Program-made: the position numbers and the translations under genes
Source of the DNA: an uncultured Woeseiaceae bacterium
GTDB lineage: Bacteria; Pseudomonadota; Gammaproteobacteria; Steroidobacterales; Woeseiaceae
Reading direction: 5' to 3'
DNA length: 50,991 bases
Assembly: GCA_937944275.1 (NCBI GenBank)
Contig: CALDZH010000142.1
Location: forward strand, 1-50,991
Notes under the pieces: generated by a model
Database searches by the model: none
Told to the model about the DNA's origin: nothing
What the model saw: only the letters and a program-made list of their open reading frames with translations
Shown: positions 9,925 through 19,491 of the stretch, in pieces
Layout of the letters: every line of letters starts with the position of its first letter
Position numbering within the stretch: the first letter of the stretch is position 1

Positions 9925-11430
9925 GTGACAGACGACAAGACCAAGCAAGACGAAAACAAGCTCATCGCCGAGCGGCGCGCAAAACTCGATGCGCTGCGTG
10001 AACAGGGCAACGCGTTTCCGAACGACTTTCGGCGGAATGCAATTGCTGAAGAATTGCACCGGACATTTGCGGCACATGACAAGGACGCACTTGCCGAAGA
10101 ACAGATCGAGGTCAGTGTCGCCGGGCGCATGATGGCCAAGCGCGTTATGGGCAAGGCAAGTTTCGTGAAGTTGCAGGACCGTTCGGGCCAGATCCAGCTG
10201 CGTCTGGAGCGTGACCGTTTACCCGAGGGCGTCTACCAGGCATTCAAGAAATGGGACGTTGGCGATATCGTTGCCGCGACAGGCTACCTGTTTCGTACAA
10301 ATACCGGCGAGCTCACTGTTCTCACTGACGAGGTGCGCCTGCTCACGAAATCATTGCGCCCGTTGCCCGAAAAATGGGCCGGGTTGTCGGACCAGGAAAC
10401 CCGTTATCGCCAGCGTTATGTGGACCTGATTATCAACGAATCGAGCCGCGAAGTTTTCCGCAAGCGTTCGCAGATTATCACGTACATGCGTGGTTTCCTC
10501 GAATCGCTCGATTTTCTCGAAGTTGAAACGCCGATGATGCAGGTGACCCCGGGCGGCGCGATTGCGCGTCCATTCACGACGCATCACAACGCGCTCGACA
10601 TGCCCTTGTATCTGCGCATTGCGCCGGAGCTCAATCTGAAGCGGCTGATCGTTGGCGGCTTCGATCGTGTGTACGAGATCAATCGCAATTTCCGTAACGA
10701 GGGCGTTTCGACCCAGCACAACCCCGAGTTCACGATGATGGAGGCCTACCGTGCCTACGCTGAATGTGACGACTGGATGGATACGACCGAAGCGATGTTG
10801 CATGGCATGGCGGAGGTCGTGAACGGATCGACAATTGTTGAATACCAGGGGGAGACGTTTGACTTCGGCAAGCGCTTCGCGCGCATGACAGTCGAGGAGG
10901 TCATCACGAAATACAACCCCGACTTCGACATGTCAAAGGTGCGGGATCGTGATTACCTGGCAGCGTACTGCGAGAAGATCGGCGTCCATGTAAAGGACAA
11001 CTACGGGGCCGGCAAGCTACAGACCGAAATCTTCGACGCCACAGGCGAAGACAAACTCCGCGAACCGACGTTTATCACGCAATATCCGGCCGAGGTTTCA
11101 CCACTTTCACGCAAGAACGATGAAGACCCGTTTGTAACGGACCGGTTCGAGTTGTTCATCGCGGGTCGTGAAATTGCGAATGGTTTCTCGGAACTCAACG
11201 ATCCCGAAGACCAGGCCGAGCGTTTTCGTGCCCAGGTGGAGAATGCAGCGGCCGGCGATGACGAGGCCATGTCCTTCGATCAAGACTACATCCGTGCGCT
11301 CGAGTACGGCATGCCGCCAACGGCAGGTATTGGAATCGGCGTTGACCGCCTGGTCATGTTGTTGACGGATTCGCCATCGATTCGCGACGTGCTTCTGTTC
11401 CCGCACATGCGTCCCGAGGTATTCGAATAG
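9925..11430 (+). CDS. lysS: Lysine--tRNA ligase (class II)
   Basis: 501 aa, close to E. coli LysS throughout ([44 protein letters not shown]). GTG start. Confidence 0.95.
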   Translation: MTDDKTKQDENKLIAERRAKLDALREQGNAFPNDFRRNAIAEELHRTFAAHDKDALAEEQIEVSVAGRMMAKRVMGKASFVKLQDRSGQIQLRLERDRLPEGVYQAFKKWDVGDIVAATGYLFRTNTGELTVLTDEVRLLTKSLRPLPEKWAGLSDQETRYRQRYVDLIINESSREVFRKRSQIITYMRGFLESLDFLEVETPMMQVTPGGAIARPFTTHHNALDMPLYLRIAPELNLKRLIVGGFDRVYEINRNFRNEGVSTQHNPEFTMMEAYRAYAECDDWMDTTEAMLHGMAEVVNGSTIVEYQGETFDFGKRFARMTVEEVITKYNPDFDMSKVRDRDYLAAYCEKIGVHVKDNYGAGKLQTEIFDATGEDKLREPTFITQYPAEVSPLSRKNDEDPFVTDRFELFIAGREIANGFSELNDPEDQAERFRAQVENAAAGDDEAMSFDQDYIRALEYGMPPTAGIGIGVDRLVMLLTDSPSIRDVLLFPHMRPEVFE

Positions 11431-11443
11431 AGCCAGCGCAGGA

Positions 11444-11461
11444 GCGCGCCCCAGGGCGCGC
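11444..11461. terminator. GC-rich hairpin between convergent lysS and ygfZ (candidate bidirectional terminator, no U-tract)
   Basis: GCGCGCC-CCAG-GGCGCGC, a perfect 7-bp stem. Neither side has a T/A run, so function is uncertain. Confidence 0.3.
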
Positions 11462-11490
11462 GCAGCGCAGCATCCGGTGAAGGCGACCCA

Positions 11491-12141
11491 TCAGTGGTAA
11501 GGCAACTGCTCTCGCTTCAGTGAACTGCCACCGATTGTCAGCGTCTCATCTGCCTTATCGACCGGCACAACTGCCAGCAGCCCGGTACCAGCGACGTTCA
11601 GCACCTCCCCAATGTCGCGTCCTTCGAGTGAAACCTTGTCGCCAACGCGGACTGGCTGTTCGACAGTAAAGCGTACCGTGCGCCGCTTGGTTGCGCCTTT
11701 GTAATGCGTGCGTGCCACGATTTCCTGGCCCGGAAAGCAGCCTTTGTCGAAACTGATTGCATCCAGCAAATCGAGGTTGAGCATGTGCGGCGTGAATTGT
11801 TCGGATTGTGCGGCGCCAATGAACGGATAGCCGTTTTCGACAAGGAAAGCCGGATCGACGGTCTGGCCTTCGTCGACGACGTTCAGGTCAACCTTTGAGC
11901 GAAAGCGGAACATCGTCAATCGTTTGACGATCGTGTCGGCCATGTCCGCAGCCGCTGATAGCCCATAGCCATTGTCAATTCTTCGCACCGTGCCGAACCA
12001 GATGACGCGACCCTTGGGATTGCACCAGGCCGCGAGTATTTCCTGCTCGCCCTCAAGGCGCCGAAGATCATTGGTCAGCTGTCCCTGGAGGAATTCGAAC
12101 GCGTCGTGGCCGGTGACCTGAATTGTCGAAATTGTGTTCAT
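11491..12141 (-). CDS. ygfZ: Folate-binding Fe/S-cluster repair protein YgfZ (compact 216-aa form)
   Basis: Conserved KGCFPGQE motif and GcvT-like N-terminus (VTGHDAFEFLQGQLTNDL). Shorter than the 326-aa E. coli protein. Confidence 0.8.
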   Translation of the reverse strand: MNTISTIQVTGHDAFEFLQGQLTNDLRRLEGEQEILAAWCNPKGRVIWFGTVRRIDNGYGLSAAADMADTIVKRLTMFRFRSKVDLNVVDEGQTVDPAFLVENGYPFIGAAQSEQFTPHMLNLDLLDAISFDKGCFPGQEIVARTHYKGATKRRTVRFTVEQPVRVGDKVSLEGRDIGEVLNVAGTGLLAVVPVDKADETLTIGGSSLKREQLPYH

Positions 12142-12199
12142 TTGTACCTATGTCGTTAGCGGTAATGCAGCGTGCCCGAGGCTCTGGCATACTTCGCCA

Positions 12200-12376
12200 A
12201 TGAGTGCCAAGGACCCCAATAACACGGCCGGAGACGAGGCCCCCAGCGAAAGTCCGAAAGCGGATGATACCGCGTCCAAGGATGCAGATCGCCAGAAAGA
12301 AATCGGCGGTCGGGGTGGACTTGATCCGACCCGCTACGGTGATTGGGAAAAGGCCGGGCGCTGTATCGATTTTTGA
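12200..12376 (+). CDS. DUF1674 / SDHAF4-like small protein
   Basis: 58-aa ORF. Its C-terminus EIGGRGGLDPTRYGDWEKAGRCIDF matches the SDHAF4/Sdh8 signature (..GGP.GPEPTRYGDWE.KGR..DF). It lies 15 nt upstream of sdhC. The GTG 12134 extension in the track would overlap the ygfZ start. Confidence 0.8.
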   Translation: MSAKDPNNTAGDEAPSESPKADDTASKDADRQKEIGGRGGLDPTRYGDWEKAGRCIDF

Positions 12377-12391
12377 TTAAGAAGCTACCTC

Positions 12392-12769
12392 ATGAATAAC
12401 AACGATAGGCCACTGTCGCCTCATCTCTCGATCTATCGCTGGCCGATTACCATGGTTTCGTCGATTCTGCACCGCGCCACGGGTGTGGCGATGGCCGTCG
12501 GCTACGTCGTACTGGTCGGATGGCTGTTCGACGCAGCATCGGGTCCCGAGGTTTACGATAAGTTTCTCAGTGTTATGGATTCAACGATCGGTTGCGTGCT
12601 GCTCGTCGGCTGGAGTTTTGCGTTCTTCTATCATCTCTCGAACGGCATAAGGCACCTTGTCTGGGATACGGGCCGTGGCCTCGAGAAAGAGCAGGCGACA
12701 GCGTCGGCGTGGTTCGTCATTGCGGCATCCATCGTGCTGACCGCAGCATTCTGGTGGGCCGCGTCATGA
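12392..12769 (+). CDS. sdhC: Succinate dehydrogenase cytochrome b556 subunit
   Basis: RPLSPHLSIYRWPITMVSSILHRATG signature and 3 TM helices. First gene of sdhCDAB. Confidence 0.93.
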   Translation: MNNNDRPLSPHLSIYRWPITMVSSILHRATGVAMAVGYVVLVGWLFDAASGPEVYDKFLSVMDSTIGCVLLVGWSFAFFYHLSNGIRHLVWDTGRGLEKEQATASAWFVIAASIVLTAAFWWAAS

Positions 12770-13146
12770 GCCTTCGTTCACCTCTCGGCCGGGTACTCGG
12801 CCTCGGCACCGCGAAGGACGGCACCGGGCACTGGTGGGGCCAGCGCGTCTCAGGTATTGCCTTGGCAATCCTTGGCCTTTGGTTTGCGTGGTCCATCGCG
12901 ACAATGTCGGGGTTCAGTCATGTTGAGGCAGTCACGTTCATCGGAAAACCGATTAACGCGCTCCTGCTGTTGCTCCTGAGCGTCACGATGGCCTATCACT
13001 CCTACCTCGGAATTCAGGTCGTTGTTGAGGACTATGTGCACAGTCATGGTCTGAAGACTGCATCCCTCATTCTTTCCCGCTTCGCCCATATTCTCCTCGC
13101 GGTAGCGGCCATTTTCGCCATCTTACGACTCGGAATCGGTTCATGA
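12766..13146 (+). CDS. sdhD: Succinate dehydrogenase hydrophobic membrane anchor subunit
   Basis: ATG 12766 overlaps the sdhC stop (ATGA). [12 protein letters not shown] motif and 3 TM helices. The longer 12592 ORF in the track is an upstream artefact. Confidence 0.9.
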   Translation: MSLRSPLGRVLGLGTAKDGTGHWWGQRVSGIALAILGLWFAWSIATMSGFSHVEAVTFIGKPINALLLLLLSVTMAYHSYLGIQVVVEDYVHSHGLKTASLILSRFAHILLAVAAIFAILRLGIGS

Positions 13147-14927
13147 GCGATTACGAATTTATCGATCACAGCTACGACGTTGTCGTCATTGGTGCCGGCG
13201 GCGCCGGTCTGCGCGCTACGTTCGGTTTGGCAGATGCGGGCTTCAACACGGCCTGTGTCACCAAGGTCTTCCCGACGCGCAGTCACACGGTTGCAGCGCA
13301 GGGCGGAATTTCGGCCGCACTCGGCAACATGGGCGAGGACGATTGGCGCTGGCATATGTATGACACTGTCAAAGGGTCAGACTGGCTTGGCGACCAGGAC
13401 GCGATCGAGTACATGTGCAAGGAAGCGCCGGACGCGGTTATCGAACTCGAGCATTACGGCGTGCCGTTCTCGCGTACAGAAGACGGCAAGATATACCAGC
13501 GGCCCTTTGGCGGCATGACGACTCGCTTCGGTGAAGGCACAGCACAGCGCACCTGTGCAGCGGCTGATCGTACCGGTCATGCAATGCTGCACACGCTTTA
13601 CCAGCAATCGCTCAAGCACGACGCCGAATTCTATATCGAGTATTTCGCCGTGGATCTCATCATGGAAGACGGGCACTGCCGTGGCGTTGTCGCAATCGAC
13701 CTTGCGACAGGGCGGCTGCACCGGTTTCGCTCACACCAGGTAATTCTGGCTACAGGCGGCTACGGACGTTCCTACTTTTCCTGTACCTCTGCACACACGT
13801 GCACGGGTGATGGGAACGCGATGGTATTGCGCGCAGGACTGCCTGTGCAGGACATGGAGTTCGTGCAGTTCCACCCGACCGGTATATATGGAGCCGGCTG
13901 CCTGATTACCGAGGGAGTGCGCGGCGAGGGCGGCTACCTGACCAACTCCGAGGGCGAGCGTTTCATGGAGCGCTATGCACCCAACGCGAAAGACCTCGCA
14001 TCGCGAGACGTCGTCTCGCGCTCGATGACGATCGAGATTCGCGAGGGTCGCGGCGTTGGTCCGGAGAATGACCACATTAACCTGCACCTCGAGCACCTTG
14101 GTTCGGAGGTCATTGAAGAGCGACTGCCAGGTATCGCCGAGTCGGCCCGCATTTTCGCCGGCGTTGATGTGACGAAGGAGCCCATCCCGGTCCTGCCGAC
14201 CGTGCACTACAACATGGGGGGCATCCCGGCGAACTATAACGGCCAGGTTGTCACCAAGCAGGGCGATGATGCCGAGTCAGTTGTCGAGGGCCTGATGGCC
14301 GTCGGCGAGGCGGCCTGTGTTTCTGTTCACGGAGCAAATCGCCTGGGATCCAATTCGTTGCTCGACCTGGTTGTATTCGGTCGTGCGGCCGCGCACTTCT
14401 GCGCAGAAACGATGGAGCCGGGTGCGCGTCACAAACCGCTGCCCGAAGAAGCCGGCCAGAACAGCGTTGCGCGCATCGACAGGCTGCGCAATGCTGACGG
14501 AGCGCGCCCATCTGCCGAAATTCGCCTGGAAATGCAGAAGGTAATGCAGGGACACGCGGCTGTTTTTCGTACGGGCGAGGTCCTTGAGGAGGGCGCCAAT
14601 CTGCTGGGCAAGACCTTCAAGAGCTTCGACGACGTGGCCGTTGCTGATCGATCCCTGGTCTGGAACACGGACCTTATCGAAACGCTCGAGCTCGAGAATC
14701 TGTTGCTCAACGCGACTGCAACAATAGAATCGGCTGCGAATCGCCTGGAGAGCCGGGGCGCACATGCCCGCGAAGATTTCCCGGATCGCGATGACGAGAA
14801 CTGGATGAAGCATACGCTGGCCTGGGTTGACGGCCCGGGGGATGTGCGCTTCGATTACCGGCCTGTGCATGAGGAAACGCTGACTGATGAAGTCGATTAC
14901 GTCGAACCAAAAGCACGGGTCTACTAG
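13143..14927 (+). CDS. sdhA: Succinate dehydrogenase flavoprotein subunit
   Basis: 594 aa. FAD fold ([13 protein letters not shown]), covalent-FAD His context ([10 protein letters not shown]), HPTG and other motifs. Confidence 0.97.
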   Translation: MSDYEFIDHSYDVVVIGAGGAGLRATFGLADAGFNTACVTKVFPTRSHTVAAQGGISAALGNMGEDDWRWHMYDTVKGSDWLGDQDAIEYMCKEAPDAVIELEHYGVPFSRTEDGKIYQRPFGGMTTRFGEGTAQRTCAAADRTGHAMLHTLYQQSLKHDAEFYIEYFAVDLIMEDGHCRGVVAIDLATGRLHRFRSHQVILATGGYGRSYFSCTSAHTCTGDGNAMVLRAGLPVQDMEFVQFHPTGIYGAGCLITEGVRGEGGYLTNSEGERFMERYAPNAKDLASRDVVSRSMTIEIREGRGVGPENDHINLHLEHLGSEVIEERLPGIAESARIFAGVDVTKEPIPVLPTVHYNMGGIPANYNGQVVTKQGDDAESVVEGLMAVGEAACVSVHGANRLGSNSLLDLVVFGRAAAHFCAETMEPGARHKPLPEEAGQNSVARIDRLRNADGARPSAEIRLEMQKVMQGHAAVFRTGEVLEEGANLLGKTFKSFDDVAVADRSLVWNTDLIETLELENLLLNATATIESAANRLESRGAHAREDFPDRDDENWMKHTLAWVDGPGDVRFDYRPVHEETLTDEVDYVEPKARVY

Positions 14928-14938
14928 GGAGCGAACCA

Positions 14939-15721
14939 ATGGCTGAATTCAGACTCCCGAAGAACTCTCGCATTACGAAGGGCAAGCATTTCGATGCTGC
15001 CAAAGGCTCGAGCAACACGCGCACGTTTGCCGTATATCGCTACGATCCCGACTCGGGCGAGAATCCGCGCGTCGATACCTACAAGATCGATATGAATAAC
15101 TGCGGCCCCATGGTTCTCGACGCGCTGATCAAGATCAAGAACGAGGTTGATCCGACACTGACATTCCGGCGCTCCTGCCGGGAAGGCATCTGTGGATCCT
15201 GCGCCATGAATATCGACGGCGGCAATACGCTTGCGTGTACACGCGCAAATGACGAGGTCAAAGGTGACGTTAAGATTTATCCGCTACCACATATGCCTGT
15301 CGTCAAGGACCTTGTCACGGACCTGACGAATTTCTACGCACAATACGCCTCGATCAAACCGTGGCTCCAGTCGCGGACACCGCCACCGCCCGATTCCGAG
15401 CGGCTGCAGTCGAAAGAAGACCAGGAACTGATCAACGAGCCGTCGGCCTGTATTTTGTGTGCCTGCTGCTCAACGAGTTGCCCGAGTTACTGGTGGAACT
15501 CTGACCGTTATCTTGGGCCTGCGGCGCTGCTGGCAGCCTACCGCTGGCTCGTCGACACGCGCGACGAGGCTACAGGCGAACGGCTCGATGAACTCGAGGA
15601 CCCATTCCGGCTCTACCGCTGTCACACTATAATGAACTGCACGCAGACGTGTCCGAAAGGTCTTAATCCGGCACTGGCTATCGCCGAGACCAAGAAGATG
15701 CTGGTGGAACGAAAATATTGA
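14939..15721 (+). CDS. sdhB: Succinate dehydrogenase iron-sulfur subunit
   Basis: Three Cys clusters ([11 protein letters not shown]; [11 protein letters not shown]; [12 protein letters not shown]). 260 aa. Confidence 0.97.
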   Translation: MAEFRLPKNSRITKGKHFDAAKGSSNTRTFAVYRYDPDSGENPRVDTYKIDMNNCGPMVLDALIKIKNEVDPTLTFRRSCREGICGSCAMNIDGGNTLACTRANDEVKGDVKIYPLPHMPVVKDLVTDLTNFYAQYASIKPWLQSRTPPPPDSERLQSKEDQELINEPSACILCACCSTSCPSYWWNSDRYLGPAALLAAYRWLVDTRDEATGERLDELEDPFRLYRCHTIMNCTQTCPKGLNPALAIAETKKMLVERKY

Positions 15722-15960
15722 GCGAGGAATCCCGCCTTCGCTGGCAATGCCGGCGTGGCATGCGTGAACTGGATGAGCTTCTCGTTCGCTACCTGGACGA
15801 ATGCTACCCACAGGACAATGACGCGGATAAAGCCGCGTTTCGTGAAGTTTTGGAGCTTGCCGACCCGGTGCTGAACGGTTACTTGTTGCAACGACAAAGG
15901 CCGCCTTCAGAGCCGATAGCGCGTGTTATCGACAGAATACTCCGCCGAGATATCACCTGA
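15718..15960 (+). CDS. sdhE: FAD assembly factor SdhE (YgfY/CptB family)
   Basis: 80 aa with the RGMRELD (RGxxE) motif. The TTG start overlaps the sdhB stop (TTGA). Confidence 0.88.
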   Translation: MSEESRLRWQCRRGMRELDELLVRYLDECYPQDNDADKAAFREVLELADPVLNGYLLQRQRPPSEPIARVIDRILRRDIT

Positions 15961-16357
15961 CCCCTTGCTGCGCAAGATAGTACTGGTTGCTGGTGCGCTA
16001 CTCGGAGTCGCCGGTAGTCTGCTGATTGTCTCATTGCCCCTGTCTACTGTCTTGCGCGTTCTCGGCGTAATTCTGTGGAGCCTCATCACCCTGCGGGAAC
16101 TGGCTGAATTGCGCCGCGGGTGGGCGAGGTGCATCGGGCTGAAGTTCATTGCGAATGGGGAGGTCAAGATTCTCGATTTAGATTATGAATGGCATCCGGC
16201 GCAGCTTGTAACCGGCAGTATCCTGTTGCGATCGACGGGTTGGCTGCGTCTGAAAACAGCTGCGGGGCATGTATTTGCCGAACCGGTTCGCGCGGAGCAC
16301 CAGCAGCTCCGGGACTGGCGCCGCCTGCAAGTCATCTGGCGGCACGTTGGAGCTTAG
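15923..16357 (+). CDS. ygfX: YgfX/CptA-like inner-membrane protein
   Basis: Two N-terminal TM helices and a C-terminal region resembling E. coli YgfX (GEVKIL...WLRLKT...LRDWRRL). GTG 15923 overlaps sdhE by 38 nt; an in-frame TTG at 15965 is an alternative start. Confidence 0.65.
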   Translation: MLSTEYSAEISPDPLLRKIVLVAGALLGVAGSLLIVSLPLSTVLRVLGVILWSLITLRELAELRRGWARCIGLKFIANGEVKILDLDYEWHPAQLVTGSILLRSTGWLRLKTAAGHVFAEPVRAEHQQLRDWRRLQVIWRHVGA

Positions 16358-16480
16358 ATACTAAGCTGCTAACATGCTCATTGCTCAGGGAAAATCGAGC
16401 AAAAAGGCGAATGCCGGGGCGATCTGCCCACGCAAGGCTGAACGGTGTCACAGAATAAAGATGAATAAGGCGGAAATCCG

Positions 16481-16508
16481 AGAACTAATCGCTCCCACAC
16501 CGGTCTAT
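16481..16508 (+). promoter_or_regulatory. Candidate sigma-E-dependent (autoregulated) rpoE promoter
   Basis: AGAACTA-N16-TCTAT, compared with E. coli rpoE P2 GGAACTT-N16-TCTAA. It ends about 45 nt upstream of the rpoE ATG. Confidence 0.45.
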
Positions 16509-16553
16509 CCCGGTGTTGGCAGTCTGTGCGGTCATTCGGTTGTACGAGTCTGA

Positions 16554-17129
16554 ATGTCGAACCAGTCGTCCGACAAGAAGCTGGTCAAGCGAGTCCAGAA
16601 AGGTGATAAGGGCGCGTTTGACTTGCTGGTACTCAAGTACCAGCACAAGATAGTCAACCTGGTGATGCGATATGTGCGCGATCCTGAGCTGGCGCTCGAC
16701 ATAACACAGGAAGCGTTCATCAAGGCATACCGGGCGTTGCCGCGATTTCGAGGCGATAGTGCGTTTTATACGTGGATGTATCGTATAGCGGTGAATACGG
16801 CAAAGAACCATCTTGCAGCTCAGCGGCGAAGACCGATGGATGTGGAGTTGGACCTGCAGGATCCTGAACAGTATGACCTGCATTCCAAGCTCAAGGAGAC
16901 AGACACTCCAGAGGGATTGACTTTAGGTAAGGAATTACAGGAAACAGTAGAGCGTGCTATTGCGGCGTTGCCGGAGGATCTGAGGACCGCGATCATCCTG
17001 CGCGAACTGGAAGGCATGAGTTACGAAGAGATAGCACAGACCATGGAGTGCCCGGTTGGCACTGTACGGTCAAGAATTTTCAGGGCACGAGACGCGATCG
17101 CAAAAAAGGTCGGTCCGTTGACCAGGTAG
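16554..17129 (+). CDS. rpoE: ECF sigma factor RpoE (sigma-24 / AlgU)
   Basis: LVKRVQKGDKGAFDLLVLKYQHKI..., region 4 LPEDLRTAIILRELEGMSYEEIA. Followed by rseABC. Confidence 0.95.
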   Translation: MSNQSSDKKLVKRVQKGDKGAFDLLVLKYQHKIVNLVMRYVRDPELALDITQEAFIKAYRALPRFRGDSAFYTWMYRIAVNTAKNHLAAQRRRPMDVELDLQDPEQYDLHSKLKETDTPEGLTLGKELQETVERAIAALPEDLRTAIILRELEGMSYEEIAQTMECPVGTVRSRIFRARDAIAKKVGPLTR

Positions 17130-17161
17130 TCTGAGGGCGGGGAAGCCCGCGCGGGTGAAGA

Positions 17162-17761
17162 ATGAACGACGCGATAAGAATGCAAATTTCTGCTTTTGTC
17201 GACGGTGAATTACCGGACGCGGAGGCAGATCTTCTGCTACGAAGAATGAGTCAGGATGCTGAGCTTCGGCATAAAGCTGCAGAGTACCTTGAGATAGGCC
17301 GAGCCTTGCGCGGTGAAAGCAATGTGAAAGGTATCGATCGGCTGCTTGAACGGATTGCGTCAGAAATTGATGACAAGCCGCTGGTTGACGTTGTTGTAAA
17401 ACCCGAATCCGTACCCGCACGGGCAATGCGGCCGCTCGTCGGCGTGGCAGTCGCCGCTTCGGTAGCAATGATCGCCATATTCGGCATGCAGATCACACCC
17501 GGCATTGACGACGAGGTGACGAGCGAAAGTGCGGTCGTTGCCGAGAGTGCGGAAGACCCTGGTTACACGGTTCCACAGCAGATTGATGACCAGCTCAGAC
17601 AGTACTATCTGAGTCATGGCGCATCGTCATCTGAACTCGGGGCAAACGGTATGAATGCCCGACTCGTGACCTTGCGGCTGAGCGAAGAAAGGCTATCCGA
17701 GGAGGAGGTCGAAGATTCCAACGAGGCAGATGAGTCTGCCGACGAGCTACAGCAGCCATAA
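17162..17761 (+). CDS. rseA: Anti-sigma-E factor RseA/MucA
   Basis: N-terminal ISAFVDGEL motif, a single TM helix (LVGVAVAASVAMIAIFG) and an acidic periplasmic tail. Confidence 0.85.
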   Translation: MNDAIRMQISAFVDGELPDAEADLLLRRMSQDAELRHKAAEYLEIGRALRGESNVKGIDRLLERIASEIDDKPLVDVVVKPESVPARAMRPLVGVAVAASVAMIAIFGMQITPGIDDEVTSESAVVAESAEDPGYTVPQQIDDQLRQYYLSHGASSSELGANGMNARLVTLRLSEERLSEEEVEDSNEADESADELQQP

Positions 17762-18732
17762 TGCAGTCGTCTTACTTCAGAGTATTGCTCTGGTCCGTGC
17801 TGATTGCGGCACAGTTTTGCGCTGGCGCCAGTGCGATGGCTGATCGAGTCGATCCGAGCGACTGGCTCAACCGCATGGGTGCCGCTGTGCAGATGACCAG
17901 CTACGAAGGCACGGTTATTCGAATCCAGGACGGGAAAGCCGAGGCACTCAAGGTAGTGCACACGGTGAGTGATGGTGTAATCCACGAGAAGGTCGTTGCC
18001 CAGGAAGGCAATGGCCTGGAGATCATCCGAATAGGCAATGAGGTGCACTGCATACTTCCCGACCGCAAGTCCGTGCTGGTGGAGGAGTGGGACGACCAGT
18101 CGACGCTATTTTCGACCCTGCCGTCAAGCGAGGTCCGATTCGGAAGCGAATACGACGTTTCGATCGTGCGTGAAGACCGGGTCGCCGGACGGCAGACAAT
18201 CTTGTTGGCCATCAGGCCGCACGATGGCTACCGCTACGGGCATCGTATCTGGCTGGATATCGAGACTGCCTTTCCGCTGCAGACGCAGCTCATTGGAGAG
18301 GACGGGGAGGCGATTGAGCAGGTCAAATTCGCCGAAATCAGCCTGAACAAGGAAATCCAGGCGGCCGCCCTCGCGCCGTCATACAGCACCGAGAACTTCC
18401 GATGGTTCAACCAGCCATCGCGACATGTGAGCCACGAACTGGAAACCGAATGGCACAGCAGAAACCTGCCACAGGGCTTCCGCGCCGTGCTGGTTCAAGG
18501 CGAGAAGCTGCCAGGCAATGAGAAAGCTGTTACGCATATCGTTTATAGCGATGGTCTCGCAAATGTTTCGGTGTTTATTGCTCCCGGTGATGACCAGAGT
18601 GCCGAAGGACCGTCGCGCGTGGGTGGCTCAAATTCTTACAACGCGATTATTGACGGGCATCGGGTGACGGCGGTAGGTGAGGTGCCGGCCATAACCGTTG
18701 AGCAAATCGCGACGACCATGGGCCTACGCTGA
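17761..18732 (+). CDS. rseB: Sigma-E regulatory protein RseB/MucB
   Basis: Signal peptide and MucB/RseB-like sequence (WLNRMGAAVQMTSYEGTVI...). The start overlaps the rseA stop (TAATG). Confidence 0.88.
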   Translation: MQSSYFRVLLWSVLIAAQFCAGASAMADRVDPSDWLNRMGAAVQMTSYEGTVIRIQDGKAEALKVVHTVSDGVIHEKVVAQEGNGLEIIRIGNEVHCILPDRKSVLVEEWDDQSTLFSTLPSSEVRFGSEYDVSIVREDRVAGRQTILLAIRPHDGYRYGHRIWLDIETAFPLQTQLIGEDGEAIEQVKFAEISLNKEIQAAALAPSYSTENFRWFNQPSRHVSHELETEWHSRNLPQGFRAVLVQGEKLPGNEKAVTHIVYSDGLANVSVFIAPGDDQSAEGPSRVGGSNSYNAIIDGHRVTAVGEVPAITVEQIATTMGLR

Positions 18733-18757
18733 GCCCGGACTGCTGTAAACTTCGGCG

Positions 18758-19213
18758 ATGGCAAGCCCTCAAGGTCGCATCCTCTCCATTTATCCAGACG
18801 CAGATCCACCCTGCGCGGCGGTCGAGATAGCTGCCGCGCCGATATGCTCACGCTGCGCTTCTGGCAAGGGCTGTGGCGCAGGGATTTTCTCTGGAGACAC
18901 CAAGCCGCGTCGCGTCGACGCATTGCTCGCACAGGGCCTTGCAGTGCGAGAGGGCGACAGGGTCAGTATCGAGTTGGCACCTGACAACCTGTTGCTTGCG
19001 GCCTTGCTCGTTTACGGACTGCCTCTCACAGGCGCAATTATTGCCTCTGCGGCTGCCTGGTTCCTCGGCGCCGGTGATCTGATCGCGGCAGCAATGGCGG
19101 TGGTTGGAACAGGTGTCGGCATGACGATAGGTCGTATGCGCCTGCGGAAGGCCCGTTGCCTGCGCAATTTTATACCGACGGTCACGGCACGGCTTTCGGG
19201 AGCGAGCGACTAG
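18758..19213 (+). CDS. rseC: RseC/MucC family protein
   Basis: Cys-rich N-terminus (CSRCASGKGCG) and two C-terminal TM helices. Position after rseB. Confidence 0.8.
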   Translation: MASPQGRILSIYPDADPPCAAVEIAAAPICSRCASGKGCGAGIFSGDTKPRRVDALLAQGLAVREGDRVSIELAPDNLLLAALLVYGLPLTGAIIASAAAWFLGAGDLIAAAMAVVGTGVGMTIGRMRLRKARCLRNFIPTVTARLSGASD

Positions 19214-19447
19214 ATGAACAGCTTGTACGTATACAGTCGCCAGGGCTGCCATCTCTGTGAGGACTTGATCGAGGAATTATTGCCGCTTATCAAGGACAAA
19301 TTGACACTCGAAGTTCGCGATATCGACACGAACACAGAATGGCATGAGCGGTTCTTCATGGATATACCGGTGGTTGAATACGCCGATGCCATTATCTGCA
19401 AGCATTTTCTCGATCGGGATGCGATTGCAGGTATACTTCGCCGCTGA
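19214..19447 (+). CDS. Glutaredoxin-like small protein (DUF836-type, CxxC)
   Basis: 77 aa. [15 protein letters not shown] is a thioredoxin-fold CxxC. The ATG directly abuts the rseC stop. Confidence 0.7.
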   Translation: MNSLYVYSRQGCHLCEDLIEELLPLIKDKLTLEVRDIDTNTEWHERFFMDIPVVEYADAIICKHFLDRDAIAGILRR

Positions 19448-19491
19448 ATTTTCCCGGTGAGCCCATTGCCGGCGCCAGGCTTTCCCTATTA

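Noticed and set aside
12592-13146. The 184-aa version of the sdhD ORF, and the 12134 start of the DUF1674 ORF.
   Set aside because: Both upstream extensions overlap neighbouring genes (sdhC, ygfZ) and add non-homologous residues. ATG 12766 (ATGA coupling) and ATG 12200 give products of the expected length.
16381-16402. A TTGCTC...GAGCAA hairpin after ygfX as a possible terminator.
   Set aside because: The stem is only 6 bp with a 10-nt loop, and it is followed by A residues rather than a T-tract on the transcribed strand.
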